64,000 nucleotides of DNA from Selaginella moellendorffii (Eukaryota > Plantae > Lycopodiophyta), in NCBI RefSeq assembly GCF_000143415.4, contig NW_003314303.1, positions 164,557-228,556 of the forward strand, written 5' to 3'. Below, one piece after another: positions 34,470 to 46,781 of this stretch. Each line of letters opens with the position of its first letter. Position 1 is the first letter of the stretch. The notes beneath the pieces are model-generated. The model had not been told where the DNA came from and ran no database searches. It was given only the letters and a program-made list of their open reading frames with translations. A program made the translations under genes and the position numbers.

Positions 34470-36750
34470 ATGGCGTCGTGGCGCTCCCTTCGCGGCTTCC
34501 GGCAGGCGCGAACGCTCTTCTCAGGTAGCGCTCGCATCTCAGCTCCTAGATTTCCAGAGCGCCGGGAGATTTTGATTCCAAGCGCGCTTCTGTGGAAAAT
34601 GCAGGGAGAGCGGCTTCCAAGCGGCTGTCCCATTGCTCCGGATCGTCCATTAGAGATGGGCCTGGCACCACCGGACGCTGCTACGCTACTGCATCGGTCG
34701 CGGCCGTGAATACCTACGCGAATGACCTTGATTCGTACAATAAGGCACTGCAAACCCTCAACTTCAAGAGGAGGTGAGTCTAAGTTTTAGGTGGAGTAGC
34801 AACAAAGAAAGGAAAAGAAAAAGATCCGAGAGCGATTCGATTTGTTTCTTCCTCCTTTTGACATGGGCTTTTCAGCTCAGGCATTACTTACTCCGGGACG
34901 TTTATGACGAAATGCTGGTGGATGGTGTGCAGCCTGGGCCGGCTACATTTCACTTGCTTCTCTCGGGCTGCATGAAAGGTTCACGTCTCCAAGATACAAT
35001 GTTTTTCTTCGAACAGATGAGAACTATGGGAATTATTCCAGACGTATGAAGCTCTTTCGCTGGATATTTGCCTACTGATAGGCCTTATTGCTTTCTTTGT
35101 TTCTGCTATAGGTGGCAACGTACAGTCTCGTCATTGCTGCGTGTGGGAAATGCAATCAACTTAGCCGCGCTTTTCGGGTATGAGTTCGTAAAGTTCCCTG
35201 GCTGCTACTAAACTTTGTTTTTCAGGTGGGAGAGGAGATGGAAGCTTCGGGAGTACAACCAAAGCTGGAGACCTTCGTTGCGCTTTTGAGTGCTTGCGGA
35301 GTAGCGGGTGACACTGATAAAGCGTAACACTTCCAATTCATGCAATTCGGAGGTTTCCTTGGACTTCCTTCTGGGATTCTTTAGCCTGCTTGTTGAGAGA
35401 TAGTTTCATACGGTCATGTTTGTGTTCTTGACAGACTGCGTCAGTAGTTCGTTGTTTTTATCCTTATTTGTCTAACCTCTTCTCTTTTTTCCCTTTGTTT
35501 TGTCAGCTTCGAGATCTTACGAAGGATGACAACCTACGGAATCACTTTCAATGAGTACTGCTACAGTGCGCTGATAGCCGCTTACAAGAATCGAAAGCCC
35601 ATTCAGCCTGATACGTTTGACAAGGTTTGAATGAATTCATAATTTGCTTAAACCAATGTAGTTTTGCAGATATACGAGATTGTAAAGAAGTCGAAGGCTT
35701 TGGCCTCCGAAGATCTCAGAGCCCGTGCAGCCACCGGTGAAGCCGAGATATCTACCGATCTGCAAGACGAGTTCTGCTCTTTGATAACCGGAGAGGGTCA
35801 GATGAGGCGCGGTGCTTTTAATCGTCGGATGCTCGTATATCATTCGGCATTGCGTGCAGCTGCAGACTTGAAAAATCTAGAGGTATACACGTTTTCACTC
35901 TATATTGATCTCACTGTTTCAAGCTTCTAGGGTCTGAAAAAGATTTGCGAGATGATGGTGACGGATCGTCTCTTTCCCGACGCGTTTTGCGTGTCTCAAC
36001 TGATAAGGTGCTACTTAAACTTCCTGGGATATACATTGCAAACTATTTTGTCTCTGCAGGGGATACGTTGCTGCAGGAGACACTGAGAGCGCATTAGAGT
36101 GTTTCAACAAGCATATCAATTCTGGCCGACCTGTGAATTTGGACCTCTACATGGTTAGTCTGTTCCATGTCGTCTACGCTGCTTATTCTGTCTTCCTGCA
36201 GGTGATGATTCAGGGAGCGATGACCAATTATACTCCAGCGGGTATGACCACAGCCAAAAAGCTTCTGGTAATTCATTTCTGTTATTTTGTTTATATTGAT
36301 ATTGGCCCTGTCCAGCGGCAACTGGAGGAAAAGGGCTTCTATTTGAATCCTAAAGTTGGAAGTGATATGCTAGCGTTCGCATCGAAGGAACCGGTAGATA
36401 ACATTATTCTTTCAGCCCGGAACGTCATGTTGATATCATTGTGCTGCAGGAGGGGGATTTCACAACTGCAAACCTCATATGGGACATGATGATGCGTAAG
36501 AGCTTGAGGCCCACAAGACTGGCAAGCCAAGCGTACCTTGATGGACTTCAGGTGAATGTGTGCTTATGTTGCGTAACCTTTCTCATTTACTTGCATCTAG
36601 GGACGTGAGATACCTGATGACGACCCCAGGATAGCCAGTGTAAAAGCTGCACTCAAAACCAGCTCGCCGTTCATGGCCGAGCTGCAGCAGCAACAACAGC
36701 AGAGGGGAAGGGTAGGATTTCGGCCTGGAAATGTTCCACTAAGCATGTAA
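34470..36750 (+). CDS. P-type PPR protein, probably mitochondrial (At4g35850-like), multi-exon; 3' end uncertain
   Basis: Arg-rich transit-like N-terminus; HYLLRDVYDEMLVDGVQP...MKGSRLQDTMFFFEQMRTMGIIPDV; many short GT-AG introns. Confidence 0.8.
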
Positions 36751-37365
36751 GGACCGGATGTAGTTTCTTTTCCTTCTTTGATGCTAACTATGAAATTTCG
36801 ACAGGATCAATCGCCGCCAACAGCCTGCACAACGGCCTCGCGTCTAAGGCGGCCAAGTTTTGTACATCGTGGGGTCACCCGTGCTGCTTTCTTTTCGTTT
36901 TTATGTCGTTCTGAAAGCCTGCTTGTCAGAAATCGTTTGGCAGAGTGGGGAACGACGTTTGTACCCATGGGCCACTCGACAAGAGCAGATTCTCAGTACT
37001 TTGTTTTGAGACTTTCAGCCTTGACAAAAAAAAAAGACCGTGGATTAATAACTCACTGGTTTCTTCCGACAGTTTCGAGCTCTACTCGGCGTCGTCGTAT
37101 CGGTACTTTCTGTCCGTTTGTGATTCTAACCAGTTTGTCCTGTGAACCAGCTTTCAGGATGAGGATTACAGACTTGTTATTGTTGTGGTGCGAGTTAGGT
37201 GCCGTCTCGTGAAGCTTACACGTGGGAAGACAATCTCACGGGGTCCAACAAGCTTACCAGACAGATACAGTGCCGAGTATATATGCTGGATCATCACGGC
37301 CCTCAAAAAAGTTGTCAGCACTGGGGTAGCAGAAGCTGGTACATTATTTTTTTTCTTAAGAAAAG

Positions 37366-39181
37366 ATGAAGCAGGCACTGGCACTGCTGCTACTTCTCAT
37401 TCTCACCGTCGCTGTGCAAGGACTCGAGTTTCAAGACGAGCGGTCCCGGCGACCATGGTACAAGAAGAAACCAGGACCGAAGCCCGGATCGCCACCAAGC
37501 AGCAAAAAGAAGCCAGAGAAGCCACCAGCACCGGTACTAAGCAATGACGGCCTGGTAGCTCCTCTCACCCGGATGAACATCCAAGGCGCCTCGGTGCCGT
37601 CCTTTGTGGTGGAGCTCAGGGTCGGCAGTCCTCCGGTGGCCGTGAACTTCACCATCGACACCATGGGCACCCATACAGCAATGCCATGGCAACTTTGCTC
37701 GAACGTTACCACTGCCGCCACCTTTACCACGACTGACAGCAAAGGGAACGAGAACTGGAAGAAGACACCACCGTCATCACCGCCACCACCGGAGAGATCG
37801 TCATCTCCACCAGGAAGACCGTCGCTACCATCGTCACCGGTACCACCATCGTCCTCGAGTCCACCAGAGAAGCCATCCACACCACCAGGAAGGTCTTGGG
37901 CCCCGCCAGGAAAGCCACGGCAGCCACCATCGTCATCGTCTCCTCCAGGAAGGCCAGGAAAGCAGCCATGGCAGCCACCATCGTCCTCGACACCACCATC
38001 GCTACCACCAACTTACTCTGGAGCTATCCAAAGCGTTCCATGCTCGCATCCAGTGTGCCAGGGATCGTCCTATACGTGTGACAAGGTGAGAAAACGCTGC
38101 ATGGCTTACGACCGCTACACAGGGAAGCCCATCGACTTGGTTCTCAGCCAGCTTACCATGGAGAGCGTCTATCCATCCGGGGACGTCGCTAGCCAGAATC
38201 GAACCATCGCCGGCATTGTCATGGGGTGCAGTGCCCCGTCATCTGTGCCGTACGCCTCGACGAGCATGGCCTCCCTATCCCCGGGCGCCACGTCGCTGGT
38301 GTCCCAGATCGCGACAGCCGCGAGCCTGCCACGTCGGTTCGCCTACTGCCTCGGCAAGCCACGTGGTGCGTTCTTTGTGGGCGGGGCTGATTACGTGTTC
38401 CGCCAGCGCACCGTCAAGCCGAAAATGCAGTACCTCCCAATGCTGACTCCTCCCGCCGCGTGGCAGCGCGGGATGGGCTACCGGCTCGCACTTCGCGGGA
38501 TCGCCGTTGGATCCGGGCCAGATGTCAAGCCCCTGCCCATCGATTCCTCACTGTTTGACAATGGGGTGGTGATTGGAACCAAGCTGAGGTACACGAGCTT
38601 GGTTGATCCAGCTTACCAGGTAAGCGAAGATCTTCATTCTATCGTTGGATCTCGCTGCTTCTTCTTTCTACCAGGTTGTTCGAAGGCATTTCATGGCGGT
38701 GGCGGCGGCGTCTAACGCTTCGATCACTCCCGTGCCATCGCCATTCCCGGAGCTCAATCTCTGCTATAGGATTCCTCCCAGAGCTGCGGTGTCCGGGGCG
38801 CCCAAGATCCAGTTCATCTTCGAGAACGCAACGCTCACGGTCCAGCCCAGGAACTACATCGTGAGGTGGCGGCGGACGGACGTTGTGTGCCTGGGAATCG
38901 TGGGAGCCGGCGCGCTGGGGCGAGTCTCCGTGATTGGAACGCTCCAGCAGGAGGAGACGCTGGTGGAGTTTGATCTGGAGAAGCGCGTGGTGGGCGTCAG
39001 CGAGCACCTCAGCCTCTCCGGGACCAGCTGCAAGAACTTCGAGTTTCTTCCCGATGCGCCGTGGCCGCGGAGGTCGTCGATCACGCCAGCTCCATCGCCC
39101 GGAGCTCCAGTTCTATCTGAGGATGATGAAGGAAGTTTTGACGAAGAGGAAGAGGTTGGCATTGCGCCATCGTCTTCTTGA
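37366..39181 (+). CDS. Secreted A1 aspartyl-protease-fold protein (xylanase/glucanase-inhibitor-like) with Pro/Ser-rich insert; one intron at ~38620-38674
   Basis: Signal peptide; VELRVGSPP...IDT; RRFAYCL; CLGIV...VIGTLQQEETLVEFDLEKRVVG. Confidence 0.85.
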
Positions 39182-39299
39182 AGGAGGAGTTATTGTATGG
39201 TTTGATTGTATTGATATATTCTAAGTTCTCATAACATTCCAATGTTCTACCAAAAGAAATGGCAATGTATTATTTCACCTCAAACCAACTGAGTTGGCA

Positions 39300-41447
39300 A
39301 TGTATTGTCTCGAGGAGCTTGTTCATATTGTGAATTCTTCCAAAACGCTACCACAGGCCAAGGCGGCCCACGCCAGCGTTCTCGGGGCTCTCCCTCTCGA
39401 GTCTCGGACCGTCTATCTCCTCAATCTGGTCGTCCAGATGTACGGGCGTTGCGGCAGCGTGGCAGATGCGCGCCACGTGTTCGACTCTATCCATCCCAAA
39501 GATTCCTTCTCGTGGAATCTGATGCTGGATGCATATGCCAAGAACGGGCATCTGGAACAGGCAAAAAGAGTGTTTAACGCGATGCCTTGTTACAATCTAG
39601 TCTCGTGGAACACAATGTTGGCAGCACTGGCGAAAGCAAGCCAAGCGGCAGAAGCAAGCGCATTGTTCTCCAGGATGGAGGAAAGGGATATAATCTCCTA
39701 TAACACAATGTTATCAGCATATGCCACACTTGGGCATTTTGATACCTTTCAAGAGCTTTTTGATCGAATGCCAGATCACAGTCTCGCGTCTTGGAACTTG
39801 CTTTTAACGAACTACTCGCGACGAGGGCTTCTGGTTCAAGCCAAGAAAATCTTCGAAAGAATGCCGGAACAAGATTTCTTCTCCAGGAACACGATTCTTT
39901 CAGCACTTGCCCAGAACGGGCATCTGCTAGAAGCGGCGGCGATGTTCTCCACGCTGCCGCTGCGCGATCTCGTCTCCTGGAACACGATGATCTCCGCGTA
40001 CGCTCAACTCAGCCGCCTCGTTGATGCAAAGGATCTCTTCGACACAATGCCCGAGAGGAATCTCGTGTCGTGGAACGCGATCCTGGGCGCGCTCGTCCAG
40101 CACGACCACCTGGACGAAGCCCACGAGATCTTCGCCGCGATGCCGGCCAAGAACTTGATCTCCTGGAACGCGATCCTGTCGGCGCTGGCGCGGGCGGGAT
40201 CAATCTCCCGCGCCGGTAATCTCTTCGCGGCAATGCGCGAGAAGGATCTCGTCTCCTGGAACATCCTCCTCGTCGCCCATGCCACCGCCGGATCCAGCAT
40301 CGAGCGCTGCGAGGCGATCTTCGCCGCGATGCCGCAGTGGAACGCCGTGTCGTGGAACGCGATCATGGCGGCGCTGGCGCGCGCGGGGCGGATCGCCGAC
40401 GCCAGGGCCTTCTTTGATCGCCTCCCGGAGAAGATCATCACGTCCTGGAACACGATACTCACGGCGCTCATCCAGTCCCGGCGATGGATGGAAGCCCACG
40501 AGCTCTTCCTGGATCGAATGCCCGAGCGCGATCTCGTCTCATGCAACGCGATGCTCACGGCCTACTCGCAATCGCGCGAACTTCTTCGCGCGAAATCGCT
40601 CTTCGATTCTATGCCCCAGCGCAATCTCGTCTCGTGGACAACGCTCCTGTGCCTCTACTCGCGCGAGGCCCGCCTCGAGGAGGCCAAGCTCCTCTTCGAT
40701 TCCATGGCTCATTGCGACTCCATCGCCGCGATCGCGATGCTCAGCGCCTATGCTCAGAACGGGCATCCAGCCGACGCGCGGCGGATCTTCGACTCCATGC
40801 CATCGCGCGATCTCGCTTCCTACAACGCAATGCTTGCCACGCTCGCCCAGGATTTCCAGATCCATGAAGCGCTACTTCTCTTCCATCAAATGCCTGATAG
40901 AGATCCAATCTCTTGGACAACGCTCCTCCTTCTATTTGCCCAGACCGGGCATTTGGAACTCGCCCACTCCCTATTCAAGCAAATGCCCGCCCAGGACCTC
41001 ATCGCGTGGACGGCCCTGATCACCTCCCATGCCCGCATCGGGCGGCCAGGATCCGCGCTCGCGCTCTCCTGGGCGATGCAAATCCACGGCCACGCGCCCG
41101 ACGATGCCACATTCACGTCCCTCCTCCCGGCGTGCTCCCACGCCGGGGACTTGCGCACGGGAATATGCTGGCTCCGGTCAATGGACGCTGACTGGGGGTT
41201 GACCCCGAGCAAGGAGCAGTACGGCTGCGTGGTTGACCTTTTGGGCCGGTCGGGCCACTTGGCCGCGGCCGAGGAGCTGGTCGCGACCATGCCGTACACA
41301 CCAGAGGCGCTGGATTGGATTTGCCTGTTAAGCAGGAGCGATAGCGCTGTTGGTTTTGGGCGAGGAGCGGCAAAGCAAGCGATGGACCTCTCGCCGGAAT
41401 CGCCTGCTAGCTACATTCTTCTCTCAAACATCACCACAAAGATCTAA
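39300..41447 (+). CDS. PLS-class PPR protein (tandem 31-aa S-type repeats, E-domain end, no DYW), intronless
   Basis: Repeats of the form SWNxMLxAYAxxG...AxxxFxxMPxxN; ends ACSHAG...YGCVVDLLGRSG...SYILLSNI. Confidence 0.92.
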   Translation: MYCLEELVHIVNSSKTLPQAKAAHASVLGALPLESRTVYLLNLVVQMYGRCGSVADARHVFDSIHPKDSFSWNLMLDAYAKNGHLEQAKRVFNAMPCYNLVSWNTMLAALAKASQAAEASALFSRMEERDIISYNTMLSAYATLGHFDTFQELFDRMPDHSLASWNLLLTNYSRRGLLVQAKKIFERMPEQDFFSRNTILSALAQNGHLLEAAAMFSTLPLRDLVSWNTMISAYAQLSRLVDAKDLFDTMPERNLVSWNAILGALVQHDHLDEAHEIFAAMPAKNLISWNAILSALARAGSISRAGNLFAAMREKDLVSWNILLVAHATAGSSIERCEAIFAAMPQWNAVSWNAIMAALARAGRIADARAFFDRLPEKIITSWNTILTALIQSRRWMEAHELFLDRMPERDLVSCNAMLTAYSQSRELLRAKSLFDSMPQRNLVSWTTLLCLYSREARLEEAKLLFDSMAHCDSIAAIAMLSAYAQNGHPADARRIFDSMPSRDLASYNAMLATLAQDFQIHEALLLFHQMPDRDPISWTTLLLLFAQTGHLELAHSLFKQMPAQDLIAWTALITSHARIGRPGSALALSWAMQIHGHAPDDATFTSLLPACSHAGDLRTGICWLRSMDADWGLTPSKEQYGCVVDLLGRSGHLAAAEELVATMPYTPEALDWICLLSRSDSAVGFGRGAAKQAMDLSPESPASYILLSNITTKI

Positions 41448-41647
41448 AGCCAATAGTCGTTGTATAGACTTAGTTAGTCCAGAGATTTGTGTGACAGAAA
41501 GGCGTTAATCCCGTTAAGTGGGAGTATAGCGTTGTAGGAGCGGCAAAACAAGCAATGACCTACATTCTTCCCTCAGACATCACCAAAGCTCATAATATAG
41601 ACTTACTTAGTCCCGAGATTAGTGTGAAACAAAATGATTAACACTAA

Positions 41648-41721
41648 GGCCGCGTAGCGCAGTGGATTAGCGCGTTGGACTTCGGATCCAAAGGCCGTGG
41701 GTTCGAATCCCACCGTGGTCG
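41648..41721 (+). tRNA. tRNA-Arg(UCG)
   Basis: GGCCGCG/CGTGGTC acceptor stem, anticodon arm TTGGA-CTTCGGA-TCCAA, T-loop GTTCGAATC. Confidence 0.93.
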
Positions 41722-41872
41722 TGCACATGCATCTCTCGTGCTTGGTTTGTATCTTTTGTTTTGTCGATCGATCTGTCGCAAATGTAGACAATCCTAGCGG
41801 CAAAACAACTCTCACGACAAAGATCTAAAGCTGATTGTCAAGATTAGTGTTAAATGAAAAGATTAACGGAAA

Positions 41873-41918
41873 GGCCGCGTAGCGCAGTGGATTAGCGCGT
41901 AATCCCACCCCATGGTCG
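41873..41918 (+). pseudogene. Internally deleted duplicate of tRNA-Arg(UCG)
   Basis: First 28 nt identical to 41648, then a jump to AATCCCACC; anticodon arm missing; flanks duplicated as well. Confidence 0.8.
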
Positions 41919-43106
41919 CGTAGATGGATCTCTCGTACTTTGTTTGTATCTTTTGTTTTTTCGAAAGAGAGGAGCCATACGTAGCATTGATCGCTCTCTC
42001 GAGAGCGTAGCCTGGACAATCCTAGAAATTTCTATCTGGGTGGCCACCGCCCCGGGAAAATCTTTCCCTCTCAGTGGCACCGTCCCATGCCTCGAGAACA
42101 AACTCCGCGATCATGATCAACATGGAAAGAGTAAAACCAAGAGTCCAAAAGAGATGGACCACCACTACACCGCCTTGTGCAGTGCCAATCTTATATACTT
42201 CGCTCCTTTTCACTTGATCTGTGCGAGTACGGACTTTGATCTTGGGAGTTTCATGTCTGTCGCCTGCCTTGTAGTTTATTGGTGTTTGTACGGTACGGAG
42301 TCGCCAACAAACGATGACCATTTATTTTTCTGCGAGAGGATGGTAGCCGCAATGTTGATTGATTTTGGGGCCGGAGAGAGAACAAAGTTGCGTGATCGAT
42401 GCAGTCACCGGTCACGGCAGCACTACACTGTACGTGGGATCTGGAATGAAAATTATGGATGCCAATCAACACACGGTAAGAATTTGGAAGATCTCGTCCA
42501 TGAGCGTGTCAAGAACGGGAAGTTCTCGCCTCCGTGAACCTGGGAGACCGCCGTTGCGTCGCCAGGCTTACAAGAGATTCAAAGCTATGTTTGCGCTTTA
42601 AAAACCAATGTAGAAGTCAAGAAAGGGAAAGAACAAGAGAGCAGTCCTCGATGGAACGTAAATCCAAAGTATAGAAACTTAACAACAACCAAAAGCTTAC
42701 CATCCAGCGCACCAGTCAAGGCTTACGTCGCCCCGGTTTGACCAAGCCAGGGTTTGACCAGACACGGGTTACTATGTGGAGACTGTTGACCGCGTGGAAA
42801 GCTACAAGGGACGTACGACTTACGGAGGAGCATGGTTTATCGTGATAAGCCAAAACCCCTTTTAGCTTTAACTAAGGTTCTTTCTTGATAGCCCTGCGTG
42901 AGTGTGAGCAGTGTGAGCAGTGGACAGAGGCAGTAATAAGAAGCGCAGCGCTTTTTTTTCCCCTCCCTGTCGCTGCCATTTTGTTTGTTTTCGATCGCTC
43001 ATTCACTTTGGCTTTGCTCCAAGCGCTTTCCATCGCTCCGAAATCGATCCCATTTCCTTGGAGTGAGGATTTAATCGCCTCGCCAATCCAGTGCTAGGCT
43101 ATAGCT

Positions 43107-43622
43107 ATGGGGAATGCGTGCTTGCGGAGTAGCGAGATCCACCACCACCAAGAAGAGGAGGACGAGGACGAGATAATGGGAGGCTCGCTGGCCTCCAAGA
43201 GGCTCAATCTCTTGAGGAAGAAGAAGCTCCAGCAATCTAAAGCTGCGTTCTCTTCTCCATCTTCTTCTTCTTCTTCTTCTTCTGCTATGGCTACTTCTTC
43301 TTCTTCTTCTTCTTCTTCTTCATCTCGATCTCTTGTTGTTCCTGTGGAGATGAAGCCCGCCATGGAGATCCTGCCCAGCTCCCAGGAGGGCGTGATGCGA
43401 GTGAAGCTCATCATCTCCACGAACCAAATGGCCAGTATGATCAATGCGAGCTACAAAAAGGACGACTTCCTCGAGAGCCTCATCACGTCGCTGCTCAAGG
43501 AGAAGGGGATCAACATTCCAGAGCAGCAGCAGCACAAGCTCTCCGCCTCCAGCTCCAGGAAATCGAGCTTCTCGTCGTGGAAGCCCGCATTGGAGAGCAT
43601 TCCCGAGGTCAGATCATCCTAG
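43107..43622 (+). CDS. PADRE/DUF4228-like small protein
   Basis: MGNAC N-terminus, GVMRVKLIIS core and C-terminal WKPALESIPE; Ser tract encoded by TCT repeats. Confidence 0.8.
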   Translation: MGNACLRSSEIHHHQEEEDEDEIMGGSLASKRLNLLRKKKLQQSKAAFSSPSSSSSSSSAMATSSSSSSSSSSRSLVVPVEMKPAMEILPSSQEGVMRVKLIISTNQMASMINASYKKDDFLESLITSLLKEKGINIPEQQQHKLSASSSRKSSFSSWKPALESIPEVRSS

Positions 43623-44908
43623 AACAGACATTCTCTCGACGCGGGAGCTCCTTTTTCGATCTCGTCAGCTATTTATTGGTTGGACGATTTTCAGTCTTTT
43701 AGTATGTTTCTCCCTTCCCTCGGTGTTCTTCCGGTTAAAGCTTCTCCAGTCGATCAAAACTCGATCTGGGCGTTTGATCCAGCAGAAGCCCACCACGAGA
43801 TTGGAGCCAAGAACAATATACCAGCAGCATTCCGGCGAGAAACGATTTACCTCTCGAAAGAATCCCCTCTTTTCCTTTTGTATAGAAGCGATACTGCTCT
43901 AACTCTGCTACTACTACTATACATGAAAAGTTCCTCTTTTTCTTGTCTTTTGTTTGCTTGCTCGCTCGCCGCGATTAGATTAGATGATGATAAAGCTCTC
44001 TCGGATCGAATCAAGCCGGTCTTTTTGGCACGATCGATCGATTTTTCTAACATCTCTTCGAACTTTTCTTCGTGTCCCCGCGCTTGCTTGCCCCGCTTTG
44101 ATCCATCGCATCGGTTTTTCCGGTTTCGTTTCGTTTTGGAAACTTTTCTCTCGCCATCGAAGTGCTGGCTATAGCAGCTCGTGCTTCCACACCATTAAAA
44201 AAACGCGAGGAAATTCTTCTTCTAGATGAAAACAAGAGCTTTTCTAGGGTAGCCACTCACATGGCTATAGTTTAGCAGCTATGATTTTACTGCAAGACAC
44301 GAGAACTTGTTTGATTCCTTCTTCACATGCCTGTGGAACTTGTTTATCATTTGTTTTCGTGTTCTTCATAAGCTTCTTGATGATCTCGCTTAAACTTAAG
44401 AAACTAGGTGCAAGACAGCAAAGACCAACGAGAGATCATTTGATTAAATCGGTGGAAACCATATTTTTTAATGGGTGGAAACCATGGGAAACAGTTAGAG
44501 ACCATCGGGCTATATAGCTTAAGGTTGGCTCGATTTCACGCGATGATTGATCGAGTCAATTACTGTCTGGCTCTCTCTATAGTTTTCTTCTAGCAAAATT
44601 TATCTCCAAAAACTAATGATTGAAGTTAAGTTTGTCGGTGCTTAGCGGCAAAACGTCAGCGCAAATTTGAAATCATAAATATTCTAAGAATATACCATAA
44701 GCAATGACTGGCATATTCTAAGAATATATTTTAAGCCCTAACTTTATTAGCTAAAGCCCTTTTTTTAAAATTTAAGCCCTTATCTGTGTGTGTGGTGGGC
44801 TTGATGATCCACGAAGAGCTCTCCATCGCGCCCACCGATCGGCGTCCCATGAGCGGCATTCTCTACTCTCGGTGAGAAATTCCCATCCGGGACAGCGCGC
44901 GCGAGGCG

Positions 44909-46671
44909 ATGGCGGTGGCAGCGCCTCTGTTTGGCAAGGTCTGCCCGGTTCTTGGCGAGAAGGCCGCGGCAATCGGGAAATCGTCTAGGTTAGGTCCAGT
45001 CCAGCAGCAGAGATTCACGGCGCTCTCGTCATCGTCGTCGGCGGCGGAGGTCTTTGATCCGTCTGGATTGCCGCCAGAGTCTTCTCTAGCTTCCCCGTCT
45101 TCGATCCGATGGGCACAGCTTGCGTTGCAAGGTCCCCGGGCGGAGATGGAGGACGACATGGAGCTGGAGGAGGGGAGAATTCCAGAATTTACGTTTGCTG
45201 CGGTCTATGATGGTCATGCCGGTATATCATCAGTGAACTATCTCAAGTAAGCACTCTACAATTCGATTTTGATCTTTCTAGCGATGGTTCTTCAGGAAAG
45301 AGCTATTCAGTGAATGCGTGAATGCATTGCAAGGAGGAGCTCTTCTACAATCTGATAACTCGATCGATTTGGAAGCGGCACTCTCGCAAGCTTTCGTCCA
45401 AGTTGACAAACGCTTGCTCTCGTGGTTCGTCTAGCTCGATCCATTCATCTCCACTCGTGATCAATGCGAGGTTTTGCTTTGCAGCAGGCTGGAGCAACAA
45501 GAGGAGTCTGATCGAGAATCTGGCTCCACTGCAACTGTCATGTTTCTGGGTAAAGAGAAGGTGGTGGTAGCTCACGTCGGCGACTCACGAGTGGTACTGT
45601 CATCGTCTTGCAATGCTTTTGGAGGATTTAACTAGTCTCCACTAGATTATCAGGTAATTTCTCGAGGAGGAAAAGCCGAGGAGTTGACGAGTGATCACAG
45701 GCCATATGGGAGCAGCAAGACAGCTCTAGCCGAGGGTAAGCGAGTCATTGCTGCTGGAGGCTGGGTATGTTTCTCTTGATGTTTAGTTTTTGGTACTGAG
45801 AACACTCGTGTTTTGTGTTTGACTAGATAAGCAATGGCCGAGTATGTGGTAATTTGGCTGTGTCTCGTGCATTTGGAGATATATCCTTGAAGTCCCGTAG
45901 AAAAGAGTAAGAAATCGTTCGCCAGTGAAGGATTCTTTTGACGAAGGGATCTGTCAGAATGCTAGAGGAGGGGCTCAAGAAAAACTTGTGGACGCAGAAG
46001 TTTGTGTCGAAGTAAGTGATAACTTTCCTTTGTCATTGTTTTCACCAGTATTTCCTAGACTTCACTCTAGAGTGTTTCAGGCGGGATCTCACAGGAGAAT
46101 GGCTGACTGCGGCACCGGATGTTACTGCTGCAACTCTTGGTCAGGACGCCGAGTTCATCATTCTTGCTTCAGACGGCTTGTGGGATTCCATCAAAAGGTG
46201 AATTCCAGAGCTCATGCAGGACTCACAAGCAACTTTTATGGTTTTCCCAGTAAGGACGCTGTAGCATTTGTGAGAGAGCAACTGAAAGAGCACGGAGATA
46301 TCCAGGTAATAATGTTTCCATTTCCATCTCTCCATAACGACTAGCTTTTCGTATCTCCCAGCGCGCTTGTGAGAGCCTTGCGGCCGCTGCTCTGGTAACT
46401 TCTATCCATCTTACTTTCTTAAAATCTCATCCACTTTACAGGCCCAAAATGGCCAAGACAACATCAGTATTCTCATTGCCGATTTCGGGTGAGTGAATTT
46501 GGTACCTCTACATTCTCACAGACGCAAGATCAAATCAACAGAAAGGTAGCACGCGTGGATGGACTTGCGCAGCACCAAGACGTCTCAGCTGGGGTAAAGC
46601 AGGTGCTAGTAACGTCTGGCATTCTACTGCTAGGAGTTTATGCTTCTCATCTAGCAAGCTTGATCAGATAA
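44909..46671 (+). CDS. PPH1: Chloroplast PP2C phosphatase, PPH1/TAP38-like, multi-exon
   Basis: Transit peptide; QGPRAEMED, AAVYDGHAG, ESGSTAT, LAVSRAFGD, ILASDGLWD and QDNISI motifs; C-terminal hydrophobic helix. Confidence 0.82.
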
Positions 46672-46781
46672 GTTCCACTCTTTACATTCATAGTTGATCA
46701 GCTTTCATCTAAAATTTGCAAAACTTTGGCGATCGAACAAGAATCTGCTCAACAATCTTCCCAAGTTTTTGTAACCATATG

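Noticed and set aside
39305-41373. Many overlapping and antisense ORFs within PPR, pol and GH17 genes
   Set aside because: Shadow ORFs expected from GC-rich coding sequence.
43444-44517. ORFs downstream of the PADRE-like gene
   Set aside because: 3' UTR or intergenic low-complexity sequence with no recognisable motifs.
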